A DNA stretch of 64,000 nucleotides from Octopus bimaculoides (lineage: Eukaryota). The stretch's first letter is position 1. Each line of letters starts with the position of its first letter. The DNA is taken from contig NC_068985.1 in the NCBI RefSeq assembly GCF_001194135.2, positions 22,176,632 through 22,240,631 of the forward strand, read 5' to 3'. Below the pieces are notes generated by a model. The model saw only the letters and a program-made list of their open reading frames with translations, was not told the origin of the DNA and did no database searches. Made by a program: the position numbers and the translations under genes. Below are positions 13,930 through 28,129 of the stretch, one piece after another.

Positions 13930-16027
13930 CTGAAAGATAAATTTAATTAACCATTGCCCTTAATTTGGAAATAAAGAATAATAATTTGGGGCCAGTGTGG
14001 GCCCATGTATACTCATGTATACTCATGACACCAACTGACAATAAGAGATGAAAATGAACTAGAAACCATTATTTCTAAACTAAAGGTAATAATTACCCTT
14101 ATATGGATTCCTAGCTTAAATCCTGTCTGAGATAATGCACTAATCTAGAAATAAAATACTGGAAGAGATATCTGATCAAAATAATAAATACTGTAGGATA
14201 TACACTCCTTAGCGGTTAATAAGACATAAAATTAAAGACATCGGTGCTCTTCATTTCTAATTAAAGGTTTCTAATTTGACTCCAGCTTGCGATGAATGCA
14301 TATATTCTGGAATAAAGAATCTAATGATGATTGGAGATTGAACCAATTGAATTAGTGTAAATATAAATAGACATTCTTGGAAAATATCACTTGTATAACA
14401 AAAACTCATCTTTAAATATCAGGCGTTTTGACACAACATCAATTTTTGTAGAGCAATAAAATAGTAAATAGAATTAATTCCAGGCAAAGTTAAGTGAACT
14501 TAGGCAGGATTGGAACTAAATTGGAACTAGAAACAAAAAAGAAGAAGAACATTTAATACCTTTAGTTCAATCCTGTATGTTCTTGAACTTAGTATAGGAA
14601 GCTCATTTGTGCATGAGGGATCAATGGATGTGTTCAGACTAAGTAGTCTTAACTAATCCAAAGAAATATTTACAGAATTCCATTATTTTACATATCAACT
14701 AGCCATAAGCTTTCTCCCCAACCAAAAAAATAATGTTTCTGTTTCTTTTTTATTAACAAGTAACAAAGTCACTGTTTCAAAACAAAAATGTAATAATGTA
14801 TTTTTGGGCATACAAGTCAAATATCTCAAACCAAAATTTACAGCCAAAAAAAAAAAAAAAAAAAATCAGTCAACTTATGCACGAAGATGACTAAGGAGGA
14901 CCAAAAGTTCTATGTGAAATGCAGCAGAATTTGGAAAGACAGTGACAATGTTTGGATGTTTCCATTATGTACTACAACAACTTGTATACTGGAAAATAGG
15001 TATAAAAAATACTTTTTTTTTTTTTTTAAATAAAAGCATACTTAAGAACTGCAAAATTTTTTTAAATGTTATATTATAAAAGATATATACAACTTGTTTT
15101 GTATTTAGCTTAATGAGGTTTGGTTTTATAAGTTTTTAAGTGCTAAGTTATTACTAAAGATTTTTATCACTAGAAAATGATAAATACCATTACATATTTA
15201 CATAATATTTTAATCATTTTAAAAATAATAAATGACTTTAAAAAACAAATTCTGCTACTCTATAAATCTGAATTTGGAAGATTTTGATTTTGCATCATTT
15301 TATCTCAGCTTCATTAATCTGAAACATACCACTTCAGAATTTATAAAGCTGAAAATAACTACAGGGTATGTGACGTTGTTTAAATGAAGTTCAATTTTAA
15401 TAGGCTTACTGAAGTATTTATGTCTTTATGTCCAAATATGTTTCAAGCAAAAATATTAAGTATTAGAAATTAATAAAGTCTAGCAAGAATAGGAATAAAT
15501 CATCATCATCATCTTCATTTTACACCTACTTTCCCTACCGATATGAGTTAAACACGTCACCATAGTCCAAGTCAGTCCTTATTTAGAGTTACTACCTTCC
15601 TAGATAGGTCAGAGGACCATGTTTTGCTCATACATTTCAATTTTGGCTAAATGCCCTTTCTATCACCAAACCCCTTTACAGAGTGTACTGAGTCCATTTT
15701 ATTGTACCACCAACATTAGAGAGTTTATCTCCTTAACAAGACTAACGGGATATTTTGACCCCATGTCTCTGTTCTTTTGCTAGCGACTTTACAGAGAGAG
15801 TGAAAGAGAGCCAGGTGGTAATGAGATGAGTGATTGGGGTATGAATGATGAGAGAGTAACAAAGAAGTGGGGAAGGTAGCAGGCTGTAGACTTGACAAGG
15901 AGTGAGAAACTCCAAATGTTTTTCAAATGGGTGAGAAACCCAAATGTATGCACACACAAACATGATGGCTTAGCTGGCCAAAACTTCAAAGTCACTGTCA
16001 ACAACATTCCTGTTTAAGAATAATATA

Positions 16028-16167
16028 TCAGCATCATCATTTAATGTCCGCTTTCCATGCTGGCATGGGTTAGATGGTTTGACTGGAACTGGTAAGCTGG
16101 GGAGCTGCACCAGGTTCCAATCTGATTTGGCATGGTTTCTATGGCTGGATGCCCTTCCTAACACCAA

Positions 16168-16245
<78 letters not shown>
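16028..16245 (+). mobile_element. SINE family C followed by (CA)n(TA)n
   Basis: CATCATCATTTAATGTCCGCTTTCCATGCT start, truncated into a microsatellite. Confidence 0.85.
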
Positions 16246-16255
<10 letters not shown>

Positions 16256-16859
16256 ACACGTCTTCCAATCTTCATCATTTCCAACATTTTTAATGTTCAC
16301 ATAAAGTGATATAATAGCCTTTAAGAAGATTTATATTGACAATGATGGATTAAAAGTCTAAAGATTAAATTAGTATGAACAAATGTATTATCTTGTTCTT
16401 GTAGAGTAACATAACAAAGACAAAACTTTTCTATATTCAACAATAGTAAATAGAACTAATCACCCATTCATGGATACATTTGTTCAGGAAAATCAGGACA
16501 TTATAGCCTAGATAGCTTTTGTATAAGATTGATTGATTGATTGATAATGCACAGCAGTATCTTTTAGACACTACCAATATTACCATATTCTAAAAATCAA
16601 AACTGGAATTCAAGACAAATATCAATTTTAGACACTTCCTAAAATTATAATCACATCATCAAATCTACCCTTTCATGTAGAAGCACATATATTGAACACC
16701 ATACATAAGGCACAAAGCATCTTCTGCTATAATAATACTCTGGTGTTTTTCTCCATCACAACATATGAATGAAAAAGGAAGGGGTGACAGATGAATAAGG
16801 AAGGAAGGGATGATGGCAAACTGGTGGGATGGTGAACATTCAATGCTAAAAAGAAAAAT

Positions 16860-17029
16860 CAAACAGCGTTTCAACTCTGTGTGAGTGTATGTGTGTATGT
16901 GTGTGCGTACAAGGGAAGTATGTGAATGTATGTGAATACTGACAAGTGTATTAATTTGATTTACCATCCATATTTATATATAAAATACTGCAATTAGCCA
17001 TCATTTTTGATGGCACAGGGTCAGCTAGT
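16860..17029 (-). mobile_element. Helentron/Helitron-like element end
   Basis: Minus-strand ACTAG terminus plus a perfect 7-bp hairpin GCCATCA-4nt-TGATGGC (16997-17014). Confidence 0.4.
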
Positions 17030-17664
17030 AGTATATAAAACTCAAAGTAACTAACATATGTGTATGTGGTAAGGCACTGCATAAAGAAATTGTGTAATTG
17101 AACTGAAAGTTTCGCAATTGAATACTTCTGTTAATACACGGGAATGAATACAGAAATCTTAATCAAAATTCAAAGGACTCATTAATGAATGATTCCTGTA
17201 AAGTGAAAATGCCCTACAGGAATGATTCAAAGAAGAGAGATAAAAAAAGGAGTTACAGGAAAATTCAAAGTAAAATATTGAAAAGCTTTTGCTCCATTAG
17301 TTCTGTTTCTGGCAATTCCATGTATTTTTAATGGAACTATTCTGCCAAAAGCAGTTGGCATTTGTGGTAAGAAGATAAAAAATACAAACAATGCTTATAA
17401 AATGGAAAAATTCTACATTTACTTCCTATTTTAAAAAAACAGCTTTTTAATAAATAAACTAATTTTAATAGATAATCAATTTAATTATAAAAAATAAATA
17501 TAACAAACTTCTTCAGACTGCCTTCTTTTTCTTACATTATAAGGTTCTTAGAACAGTACCATACCAATACAGAAAAATTGATTATAAAAAGGATAATAAT
17601 AGCAATTAGACTAAAGTTGCTAAAAATATTTGATATATTGTGTCTTTTCCTGAACTGCCAATAC

Positions 17665-17728
17665 GTAACTGACAATCAGCTAACAGTTGAAGTGAATTCT
17701 TTTTAACTTTAAGGTCTATGAAATAAGG
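17665..17728 (-). CDS. Candidate exon (PYFIDLKVKKNSLQLLADCQL)
   Basis: Strong acceptor tttttgttttctgtttcacag, weaker donor TAC|gtattg, 64 nt phase 0 to 1. In phase with the exon ending at 18802. Confidence 0.5.
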
Positions 17729-18801
17729 CTGTGAAACAGAAAACAAAAAAAAAAAGACATGAAAAATAATTATTATTATAGAGAAAAGTCTCCCTGAAGC
17801 AACTAAAAAAAATCCATGTATTTGTTTCAGTAAATAAATAAATGAAAAAGATATTACTCCTTCCTCTTCTATAATATTAAAATGTGACAGCAATTTTAAA
17901 ATAATAATTATGAATAAAAACATTGGGTTCAAGTAGGCAGCAGATAATGTACAAAGCAATTAGTGTGTGGGTATATTACTGTAGATAAATTCCACATACC
18001 CTATTATATGTTGACATCTCTTTTGTATGCAATGAATTTTCAAAATGTCAAATATCTCACTTTTTATAATTAAACAATTGAAAACATAAAGTTAGAAGGA
18101 TATTTGTCAAGTAATGATGGAATTTTATCCATGTCAGTAACACCATCACTACAACCTCCCTAGTTTTCCTAGGCTGAATGTGTCTGCACAATAGCAGACA
18201 TCAAGTTCTCATACTCTACATCATTTCTTTCATGAAATTTAACTTCTTCCAGTTTGTTCTGCATTGGCCAGGTTACTCTCCATTACATGACAATAATTTA
18301 CATTTCATGTCCAGCCCAATGAAGTCCTCTTCCTGCTATCTTTTTTCATAAAGTTCAACAGATTTCATTCCCATCACACTGAGCAATTAGTGTCCAATCT
18401 CCAGGGCTCAATTGTTATCTACTTAAAAGAGGTCATTAGTTACCTACTTTGGTCTTTGGTTATTTGCAGTATCAAGTGCACTAGTACTTTTGTGCACTTG
18501 GACAATTGTTTTTTTTTTCTTTTTCTTATCAGACCCCTTGCATTTAATTTACACCTAATTATAGCTATAACTCTTTAATATAGATATCAAAAGCTCGAGA
18601 TTCCCCCTAATATATTCCAAACCTCTTGCTAGCCATAGATTCAATAAAATCGTTTGGTTACAGATACTCCTTTAAGAGCACTAAGTAAATCCTTCTACAA
18701 AGGATACAGAAAAACATGATGAAAAGGTGGGAGCTAAAAATGATTTTCATAGCAATCCATTTCACTTTATGCTTTATATTTGACATAACAGTAAAACTAA
18801 C

Positions 18802-18863
18802 CTTATTTTTAGTCTTTCCATACATGACTTCAGCTGCCATCAAGAGTCTTTTGTCTACACTTA
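18802..18863 (-). CDS. Candidate exon (VSVDKRLLMAAEVMYGKTKNK)
   Basis: Acceptor ttcattcctcctcag (in-frame alternative 9 nt downstream), donor AAG|gttagt, phase 1 to 0. Confidence 0.5.
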
Positions 18864-18918
18864 CTGAGGAGGAATGAACTTTGAGCAATCTTTTGGATAT
18901 ATATATATATATATATAT

Positions 18919-18985
<67 letters not shown>

Positions 18986-19864
18986 ATATTTGACTTTAAG
19001 CTAACCACAAGTGAGCCAAAGAAACAGCTGGGTATTAAAATGTAGAAAGCTACATTGGAATGAAGATGTAATGGAAATGAATGGTGCATGATAGATGGAA
19101 ACTACTTGTACTTGACATATTTCAAAGAAAACTTTGTTGTTCATTAAATGACATATATAGAATGTACTGAAATCTTTTTAGGTTACCAAATTCTTTGAAG
19201 TTTACTAAATATTTCAAATTCATGGCATTTTCTCTTAAAGAAACCAAGACACATTCTTACAATTTTGAGTGTCCTTTGTAATAGTTTTGTTCTGACACAA
19301 AACCACCTTCCAGTAAAATAATTTTTCATTCAGAGAAAATACTATCAAAAAAACCATAAGGAATGGAACTAAATATCCAAAAGTTTGTGCTCATCTATTA
19401 TGTCCCTAGAAATATGAAACTGACTGCCTATCCCATGGCTCTTAAATGTGTGGGGGGGGGGGAAGAGAGAGAGAGCTTTCGATCATATTTGAAACATAAA
19501 CCTAACAGAAATAGTAAATTAAGTAAATTAAATATTTATTTTCCTGATAAATATTTGTCCAATTCACCAAGAGATAGAGATTACCAGGAAAATAAGTTTT
19601 TGTGCAATATAAATTTGATTCAACCTAAATGTAAGTTTGATATAATCTACAAATATTTGGCATGAACTACAAGGAAAGGAATTTTAAATTCATTCTGATA
19701 CAACTGTGTAGTTAAGAGCTTCCTTTTGCAAACACACAGTTCCAGGTTCAATCCCATTGCACAGCACTTCAAACCAGTGCTTTCTACTTTGACTCCAGAG
19801 CAACCAAAATCTTCTGAATGAAATTTAGTTAGAGAGGACATAGGGCTGCAACTATTTCATACCA

Positions 19865-20185
19865 GTGGATCTGATCTTGGGCTACCTCCTTGATTTCAGA
19901 CCAATAGAGACTAATTGTTTTCATTTCATCTTCCATGCATCCTTTCCAGGTCTTCTTAGGTCATCCAATTTTCTTCTTTCCTTCAGGTTGTCAGTCTAAC
20001 ATTTGTCTTGTAATGCTGCTTGTAGATCTCCTTAGAATGTGACTGAGCCAGCTCATTTCCTTTTCAGAATTTCTTGATTGATTAAAATCTGGTTTGTTCT
20101 ATCCTACAGACTTCTGTTTGAAATTATGTCCAGTCACCAGATCTTGAGGATGTAGTGCAGACATTTGCTGATAAGGTCTGTCCTC
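19865..20185 (-). mobile_element. RTE LINE C-terminal fragment
   Basis: Decayed ...HILRRSTSSITRQMLDWQPEGKKKIG*PKKTW... matches the RTE motif GHxLR...WxPxGKRxRGRPxxTW. Confidence 0.7.
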
Positions 20186-20469
20186 AAACAAAAGAAATCT
20201 CACTGCCAACTCTGCTAAAGGTACCCAAGAGCTAAGTGGTGGTAGCAAACCTAGTACTGGATTAAGCCTACCACACAGAAATAGGAATGGTCTTTCTGAC
20301 AGGTTTCTACACAGTTTCTGTCAATCAAATTTCGCTCACAAGCTTTGGTTAACCCAGACAAGAGACACTTGCTCAACACACTGTGCAGTGGGATTGAACC
20401 TGAACAATGTAGTTTCAAAGTAAACTTAATCACGTAGTCATGTGCATATATTTGCTTCACATGTTAGAG

Positions 20470-20625
20470 ACAACAGCCAAAATTCCCTTCAAGTCACACC
20501 TATCATCTTAAGAAAAAGATACATTGAAGAATATCACCCTAGGTTCATTATGCTTGAAAAAAGGCTGAGATACCTTTGATCATTGGTTTGTTTGATCAGG
20601 AAAGATTTGGAGTGAGTTAAGTAAC
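20470..20625. mobile_element. Unclassified dispersed repeat (family E)
   Basis: Related CAGCCAAA...CACACC...CATCTT segments recur at about 22545-22720 and 33720-33860, and in reverse at about 40430-40560 and 46350-46520. Confidence 0.5.
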
Positions 20626-20715
20626 AATAACAACAGTTTCAACATTATATTTTAAAACATCACAGCAAAATAAAACATTGAATATCATAATTTATATTAT
20701 ATTATAAAACTGTAG

Positions 20716-21035
20716 AGGTACATTGCTTAATGGTTAAGATATTCGGCTCATAATCATAAGGTCATGAGTTCAATTCCCAACAGCGTGTTGTGTCCTTGAG
20801 TAAGACATTTTATTCCACATTGCTCCAGTTCACTCAGCTGGCGAAAATGAGTAGTACCTATAATTCAAAGGATCAGTTTTGTCACATTCTGTGTCATGCT
20901 GAAAATCCCTGAGAATTGTGTTAAAGGTACATGTGTCTGTGGAGTGCTCAGCCACTTGCACATTAATTTCATGAGCAGTCTGTTCCATCGATTGGATAAA
21001 CTGGAACACTCATTGTTGTAACCGACAATATGCCA
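20716..21035 (+). mobile_element. tRNA-derived SINE family D, diverged
   Basis: Head TTGCTTAATGGTTAAG...GAGTTCAATTCC; body homologous to the 34560-34944 copy. Confidence 0.75.
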
Positions 21036-22203
21036 GTATCATAATACTATACATTAAGTATCTATAATACATATCAATTAGAAATAATGTTCTGGTATTT
21101 TGAATCTTCTTTAATTACAAGTATTTCAAGCCATTTGCAAAGCATACAACAGACATTTAACTAACTTTTTAAATAAAGCTTTTAAAAAAAACTTTAAAAA
21201 CAAAATTTTAATAATTTCATTGGCAATAATAGAAAATAAAAATTTATGTATTATATTACAAATATGCATTGAAAAACCCTCACACAAATAAATATGCTTA
21301 CACTTTCCACACACAGGTTAATTCTATTAAGTTATAGCTAAGACTCAAGTCATTTCTCTGTTGAGAATTTTTTATTTTGTTAAATGCACCCCCTCCTAAA
21401 GTGATTTAAAGAATTTGCTCTAATACCAAATGCTAACCTTTCATAAATGAAATTGAGTACGTGTTATCATAGTCAGCATTAAAATGTCAAAATTTATGCT
21501 ATTCACTTGTAAAATATCACAATAGAGAAAAAAATGGCTGCAGGCTTTTGGTGGGTTCTTAAGCTATCTTAAAACTCCCTCCCTCCTCCCTCTGTCACTA
21601 TCCAAATATTAAAAAAATAACAAGAGAGCTTAACGTAACTTCATGTAAATTTTTTGATGAAGTTAAATATCTAAAACGCTTAAAATCTAAAATGTTTCAA
21701 TTTTATAATTTTATTAAAACTAAGGCACACAAGCATTGTTGTACTAGTAAATGCGACAATAAAACACAAATACCATATAGTCTACTATAAAACTATTAGA
21801 ACTAAAGCATAACTATGTAAAATAATTCCACAGATAGGACTCAGCTGAAATTAGACCATAAGTGAATATGAGTGAAAGTTTCAAAATTATTGTAAAATGT
21901 CAAGTTTAAGAAAAATGGTTTCAAGTAGCAAACACAAATTAAAAAGAAAATAAGATATTTTATCTAAAATGTCAAATTTAAAACTTAAATGTGCATTAAA
22001 TCTTTTCTTTTTGCTTATTAGTAATTGTCCTTGTTTTTTTTTTAGCTATTGTTTAATATTAGAGATACACAATATATAGCTGCTTTCATGTTTATTATTC
22101 AAGATAAGTAATAATCAAAGATAGTTAGTAGAGCAAATAAAGGCTAGCAAGAGTACAGAGAAATATTAGTTTTATAAATAAAAATTATAATGGTATAATA
22201 AAC

Positions 22204-22428
22204 TTCAACCCCTTAGTATTCAGATTAGTCAGTCAAATGTAATGCTTATTTATTCATATTGTTTTGAATTAATCATGCATTAGCTTGCAGCTTTGAGATT
22301 TTGATGATGTGATTGGTTTGCTTTAGAATGACATTGTGGGGTAGATGGCAGAGGCTAGATCTGGCCAGGCTGAACATAAAACAGAATATTTGGGCCAGCC
22401 ATGGCTGATTTAAATGCTAAAGGATTAA
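22204..22428 (+). mobile_element. TTAA-bounded MITE (piggyBac-like ends)
   Basis: Ends similar to TTAACCCTTTAGCATT / AATGCTAAAGGATTAA; same element in reverse at 51003-51432. Confidence 0.7.
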
Positions 22429-22789
22429 ATCATTTGTTTTAACTCTGCTTTCTCGAGCTAATATGAATAGGGCAATTCTGCATTGCATCTCATCATGCTT
22501 AGTAATCCAATGCCATTATTCCTATGAAACTTACAAAAAACAGCAGCCAAATCTTCCTCAAACCACACTCAGCCACTTTAAAAAGAAAAGAAAACATACA
22601 TATTCAGGATAATAGTCCTAAACACATTATACTGCTGCAATCAAAGCCAGAATGATTACAACTTGAATGCCTGTGTTCAATCTACTCAATTGGCGGTCTA
22701 AACAATAACAATCAGTTGCTATCCATCTACAATCTAACTCTTAGGTATTAAATTGACACTAGCTCCTTCCTCTGACACTAACTTATGCA

Positions 22790-22930
22790 GGATTTACAGC
22801 AGCTGTGTAGTTGGAAGTTTGGTTCCAGGTTCAGTCCCATTGCATGGCAATCTAGGTACAATAGCCCAGGACCGACCAAAGGCTTGTGAGTGGATTTTGT
22901 AGACAGAAACTGAAAGAATGCCATTGTGTT

Positions 22931-22983
<53 letters not shown>

Positions 22984-23265
22984 CATCATCATCATCACCA
23001 TCATGAGAGAGAGAGATACATATTTGTCTGTGTGTGTGTGTGTGTGTCTTTGTGCTTGTCCTCCACAACTGCTTAACAACCAGTGTTGGTTTGTTTATGT
23101 CCCTGTAACTTCAGCATAAGAGATCAACAGAATAAGTACCAGGCTTAAAAAAAAACAAAAAAAATGTACCGGGGTCAATTCATTCAACTAAAACTCTTCA
23201 AGGCAGTGCCCAAGCATGGCTGCAGTCCAATGACTGAAACAAGTAAAAGACAATAGATAAAAGAT
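22790..23265 (+). mobile_element. SINE family A with an expanded internal (GT)n
   Basis: Body GCCTTGTGAGTGGATTT...GAAACTGAAAG and tail CAGCATGGC...GACTGAAACAAGTAAAAG shared with 53693-54070. Confidence 0.8.
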
Positions 23266-24269
23266 ACTTCCAATGATATTCTTAGTTGCTTTTGTTGTAT
23301 CTGTCACTCCTAAATGTTTGATCATTTCCAGAATTTTTGGTTCTGTATGTATTATTTGCACACAAAATATTTGTTCTGATACATAACGTCAAATTTCACT
23401 TACTCTCTTAGCATATATTGTACAACTCTTATCATCCTTTACATCTAACTAATACTACCTTGGTCTATGATGGTCCCGAAAATTTGGCTATTAGGATATA
23501 TTTTAAAAATTATTTTTACAGTTAGATTCTCTAGTTGCATCTAAATACTATTCAGCTGGTTAATTATTAAAATTTTAGTATAGCTATTTTTACCCCAGAC
23601 TCCATATTATTAAAGAGATGAGAATAAAGTTTTCTATTGATTTAACAAGCTTAGCCTCCTTTAGTGAGTAGGCATGCACAAAGGAGAAAGATAGAGAGGG
23701 GGTGAGGGGAAGATAACAGCTGTTGTTTGAATAGGTTTATATATATTGTTTTTTTTTTGGTAAACTTATTTTGCATTTTTTGTTTCTTATAACATCCTGC
23801 AGCTCCCCACCACTTTAGCATGATGCAAATTCCTTTATGTGTGAATTGATGTTACAATTGTTGTAAATTTATTTGAGAATCTTTTTTGCAAGTTAAGTAT
23901 GTTTCCATGAGATAAAAATAATGAATTAATGATATGATTTTCCATTTATTTTCTTGTGGAAAGAAATAATTATTTTTAAATAAGAGAATACTTTCCAACA
24001 ATTTTGTAATATTAACTCTGATATTTAAGTTATTATTTACATAGCTTCAGCTGTTAATACTCTGCATTAATAATTAATAAAAAAAATTTCTCAAATGATT
24101 AATTTCTTTCTTAATAACCTTAGTTATTACTCTAAAGTGGTTTTCTTTAAAATCAGACAGTGTTTAATTTATCTCCTAGACTATACCGGAAAGTTTTAAA
24201 TAAATATTTTTAAAAAAGTAAAATAAAAACTATTACTTTCTATATTTTAGGGAAATGCATTTAGTAAAA

Positions 24270-25260
24270 TGTGTTGATGGCCATCTCAACTTCTCCAAAG
24301 CTTCTAATTCTGTGCTATGCAAACAACTTATGGCAAAGCTTTCTGCAATGGGTGTGAAGTCTAATCTTCATAACTAGTTGAAATTCTTCATTCTTGGTTG
24401 AAAAAAGATAGTCAACATTCTGCATCCTATTTGATGACATCTGGAATCCTGCAGGGTACTGTTCTTAGTCTGCCCTCTATTGTTTGTTGCATATAGTCTT
24501 GAAATCAATGCCAACTTGAAGTATATTTACTGTGTTTAAAAACATAGGTGTCATTAAGCTGCACCTTGCACTAAAAAGAATGGATCCTGTGTGCTACAGG
24601 TCTTCCCTGCAATCTAACCCAGATACAATGCAACAAGGGATTATTAAATGGCAACTGTAGACAAGTACACCACAATACATTCTGGGGGGGAAAAAAACCT
24701 GGAATTTACTTACTCCTTCCATAACACAATCTTAAGAATGGGTGTGAATGAGGCATTATTGTTTGTGGTCTGCATTGGATAAACCACACTTCTAAAACTG
24801 TCAAAAAGGCTGCAGGTGTCAAACATCATTCAGTAAGACTTTTGTCAGATGCTCACCAGCTATCTATTTAAAGTTACATATGGCTATGGAATGTCCACAC
24901 AGTTTACATCTCTAGTCTGGGACCACCCCAACTCTTTTTCAGAATATAAATCAAGAGAAAACTATCCAGAGACATGCTGCCAGACAAATACCCTCTACCA
25001 GCCACTACATCTTGAATGTCTTACTTTTCTAGGCATCAACACACTAAATCTTTGATTCTTAGTAACTGAGTTGGTAGAAGCCCACAAGATCGTCCAGTCT
25101 TTCCAACAACAACCTTGATCATCTTTTTTAATTCAATATCTCTGCCACTCATGGATACACATATAAAACAAAAAAAAAAAAGCATAACACCCATGACTTT
25201 TGGAAACATCTTTCACATTCAGAATTGCTGAAGCATGTAGCCAAGTACCAGCATCAGTTG
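24270..25260 (+). mobile_element. Decayed CR1/L2-like LINE reverse-transcriptase region
   Basis: Remnants SVLCKQLMAKLSAMGV and SGILQGTVL resemble FDSVPHxRLxxKL and SGVPQGSVLGP; many frameshifts and stops. Confidence 0.7.
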
Positions 25261-25681
25261 TTAGTTGACAAGACAGTGCATCCTTAAAAAATTGCCTGCT
25301 TCCCAAAATTTACCAACATTGTTTTTATGGCTCTTTTAATCTTCATTTTTCTGTTTTCTCATGTTTTATCCTGTATGTTATGCTATTTTTGGCTACAACT
25401 GCTGTCTTTCTTTATTTGACTTACTGCTGTTTTCTGTTCCCTCTTTTACTCTTTTCTGAAGAATTGTAGTGCACCTGAACACTGTCTACAATAAGCATAT
25501 TATTATTATTATTATTATTATATTTGTTAATATTCAGATCAAAACCAATATATAAAATGAAAGGCAAACAATTTCATTTGCTTCATAATTATGTTTATAA
25601 ATGATAAAATTATAGATATGTAAACTAATAACAATTTGGAACAAAAATGTCATTTTAAAAGTTCTTTGTTCAATTGTATAC

Positions 25682-25700
25682 CTTCAAAGTCTGGTAAGGG
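25682..25700 (-). CDS. Candidate 19-nt microexon (PLPDFE)
   Basis: Acceptor caatcattattttctgtag, donor AAG|gtatac. Phase 0 to 1 bridges the 31691 and 18863 candidates. Confidence 0.3.
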
Positions 25701-27251
25701 CTACAGAAAATAATGATTGGAAATGCTTGCTACATGCAAACTTAATAGTAAGGCATACCTGATGTAGTGAGCCACAACAATAGTTAATTATGTAAGGAAA
25801 GCATACTATTTATTAGATTTTGTATGTGTTAAATGCATGAATATTTTAAAATACTTTCTGTGTATATATATATTGGGTCATTTTCTGTTAAATTACTTAC
25901 TTAAAAACTTAAGGAAAAAAAAAAGAAATCTAACTAGAACTTGTCTTTAGTTTTTCAGGATATGTGAGCAACTTGCTATTTTTGAGACAGCAGGTTTATA
26001 GATCAGTAGATATAGTCTGGATTTGATTTTCAGATGAAATGACTTCCTTTACCACCCTCAGTAATTCTGGAAAATATACATACCACAAATTCAAGTTTTT
26101 GCTCTCACATATCTAAAGTTTCATTCTCTTATATAGCAGAAAATCAATGACCGATTTTTTTTTTTTAATGGCTTCACTGCTCAGTCTAATAAATTTACTG
26201 GTAGTGTGAATATTTTTGAAATCACAGAAGCATCATTTTATTTGGAAACTAAATGTCAATGGAATGGTAGTATTTGTTAAATAACTAAATAGTATCTGAA
26301 AACTTTTACAAAATATTTTAACCATGACATTTGCTAGTTAAATTATCTTAAATAGGTTTTGATTAGTTGAGACAGTTGACATCTCTGACCCTTCTTCATA
26401 TTCATATTCAGCTGCAACTAAGACTTAATCAATTGGACAAGTAGACTTAATCCACTGCCTAGGGTGCCTTTAAAGGAAGTCACTATGTTGCAAGTATTTG
26501 GACCAGATTGCTGGTTTGAGGAAACTTGAGTCTCTCACCAGTCTTAAGAGCCCCCAAAAAGATCATGAATGCTACTCTTACTTTTCTGACTAAATGATAC
26601 AAACATTTTTAAAATAGGTTTTGCCATTTTCACAGAAACAAAGTGTGTANNNNNNNNNNNNNNNNNNNNNNNNNNNNNNNNNNNNNNNNNNNNNNNNNNN
26701 NNNNNNNNNNNNNNNNNNNNNNNNNNNNNNNNNNNNNNNNNNNNNNNNNNNNNNNNNNNNNNNNNNNNNNNNNNNNNNNNNNNNNNNNNNNNNNNNNNNN
26801 NNNNNNNNNNNNNNNNNNNNNNNNNNNNNNNNNNNNNNNNNNNNNNNNNNNNNNNNNNNNNNNNNNNNNNNNNNNNNNNNNNNNNNNNNNNNNNNNNNNN
26901 NNNNNNNNNNNNNNNNNNNNNNNNNNNNNNNNNNNNNNNNNNNNNNNNNNNNNNNNNNNNNNNNNNNNNNNNNNNNNNNNNNNNNNNNNNNNNNNNNNNN
27001 NNNNNNNNNNNNNNNNNNNNNNNNNNNNNNNNNNNNNNNNNNNNNNNNNNNNNNNNNNNNNNNNNNNNNNNNNNNNNNNNNNNNNNNNNNNNNNNNNNNN
27101 NNNNNNNNNNNNNNNNNNNNNNNNNNNNNNNNNNNNNNNNNNNNNNNNNNNNNNNNNNNNNNNNNNNNNNNNNNNNNNNNNNNNNNNNNNNNNNNNNNNN
27201 NNNNNNNNNNNNNNNNNNNNNNNNNNNNNNNNNNNNNNNNNNNNNNNNNNN

Positions 27252-27496
27252 GGCTTGCCGGGTCTTCTCACGCACAACACATTTCCAAAGGTCTCGGTCA
27301 GTAGTCATCGCCTCGGTGAGGCCCAATGTACGAAGGTCTTGCCTCACCACCTCAGCCCAGGTCTTCCTGGGCCTACCTCTTCCACGGGTTCCCTCAACTG
27401 TTAGGGTGTGGCACTTTTTCACGCAGCTATCCTCATCCATTCTCACCACATGTCCATACCAGCGCAATCATCTCTCTTGCACACCACAACTGATGC

Positions 27497-27498
<2 letters not shown>
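27252..27498 (-). mobile_element. Young RTE LINE 3' coding end (rest lies in the gap)
   Basis: Intact frame RWYGHVVRMDEDSCVKKCHTLTVEGTRGRGRPRKTWAEVVRQDL...; 5'-truncated against (TA)n. Confidence 0.9.
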
Positions 27499-27544
<46 letters not shown>

Positions 27545-28129
27545 CTCCAAAACACCTCAAGTACACAATTATATACCATAATAATGGTTTCATTTGACAA
27601 AATAGGAGGCCAATTCTATAAACTAATGTAAATGAAATTGTATATTATTGTAGTTGAAATTGTATATAACTGGAACTTATTTTTTCATTTAAAGTGTTAA
27701 TGGAATTCTGAATAGCAAGATACAGAACTTAAAGCCATAAAATATCTATCTAGTCTAGCAGCATGCATCAAATACACAACTATGCTATATCTTGCTATAA
27801 TAAATAAAAGATGTGACATATCCTTTGAGACAATAATGATAATGTAAAAATGGCTTGATGATATAATAGGGTTGGCTGGTTTTAATAAAACTTGTCAATA
27901 TATCATCTATTTAGTTATCTCAGACTTTATGATTACTGTACTTTTTCTTTAATATAATACCCAAGGAGAAAAGTTATATTTATAGCTATAGGAGAGATTG
28001 GTAAGTGGACAAGATTACTATTATTAATGTGAAATTTGAAAACTTTAAGGTTATTGAACAGTATATTGCCTAACATTGTGGTCTTTTATCATCTCTTATT
28101 ACAAAACTCAATATTCTGAGTTCTCACCT

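Noticed and set aside
14870-14995. Acceptor-like site at about 14990 (ctattttccag)
   Set aside because: All three frames hit stops before any good donor.
8875-18863. Faint resemblance of the exon peptides to CatSper auxiliary subunits
   Set aside because: Only a few scattered residues from memory with no alignment support; no gene symbol assigned.
27975-28000. Plus-strand microexon-like patterns (tatag|GAGAGATTG|gtaagt; also about 7340-7360 and 31390-31402)
   Set aside because: No supporting plus-strand exon chain. They show that chance GT-AG microexon patterns occur here, which also tempers the minus-strand calls.
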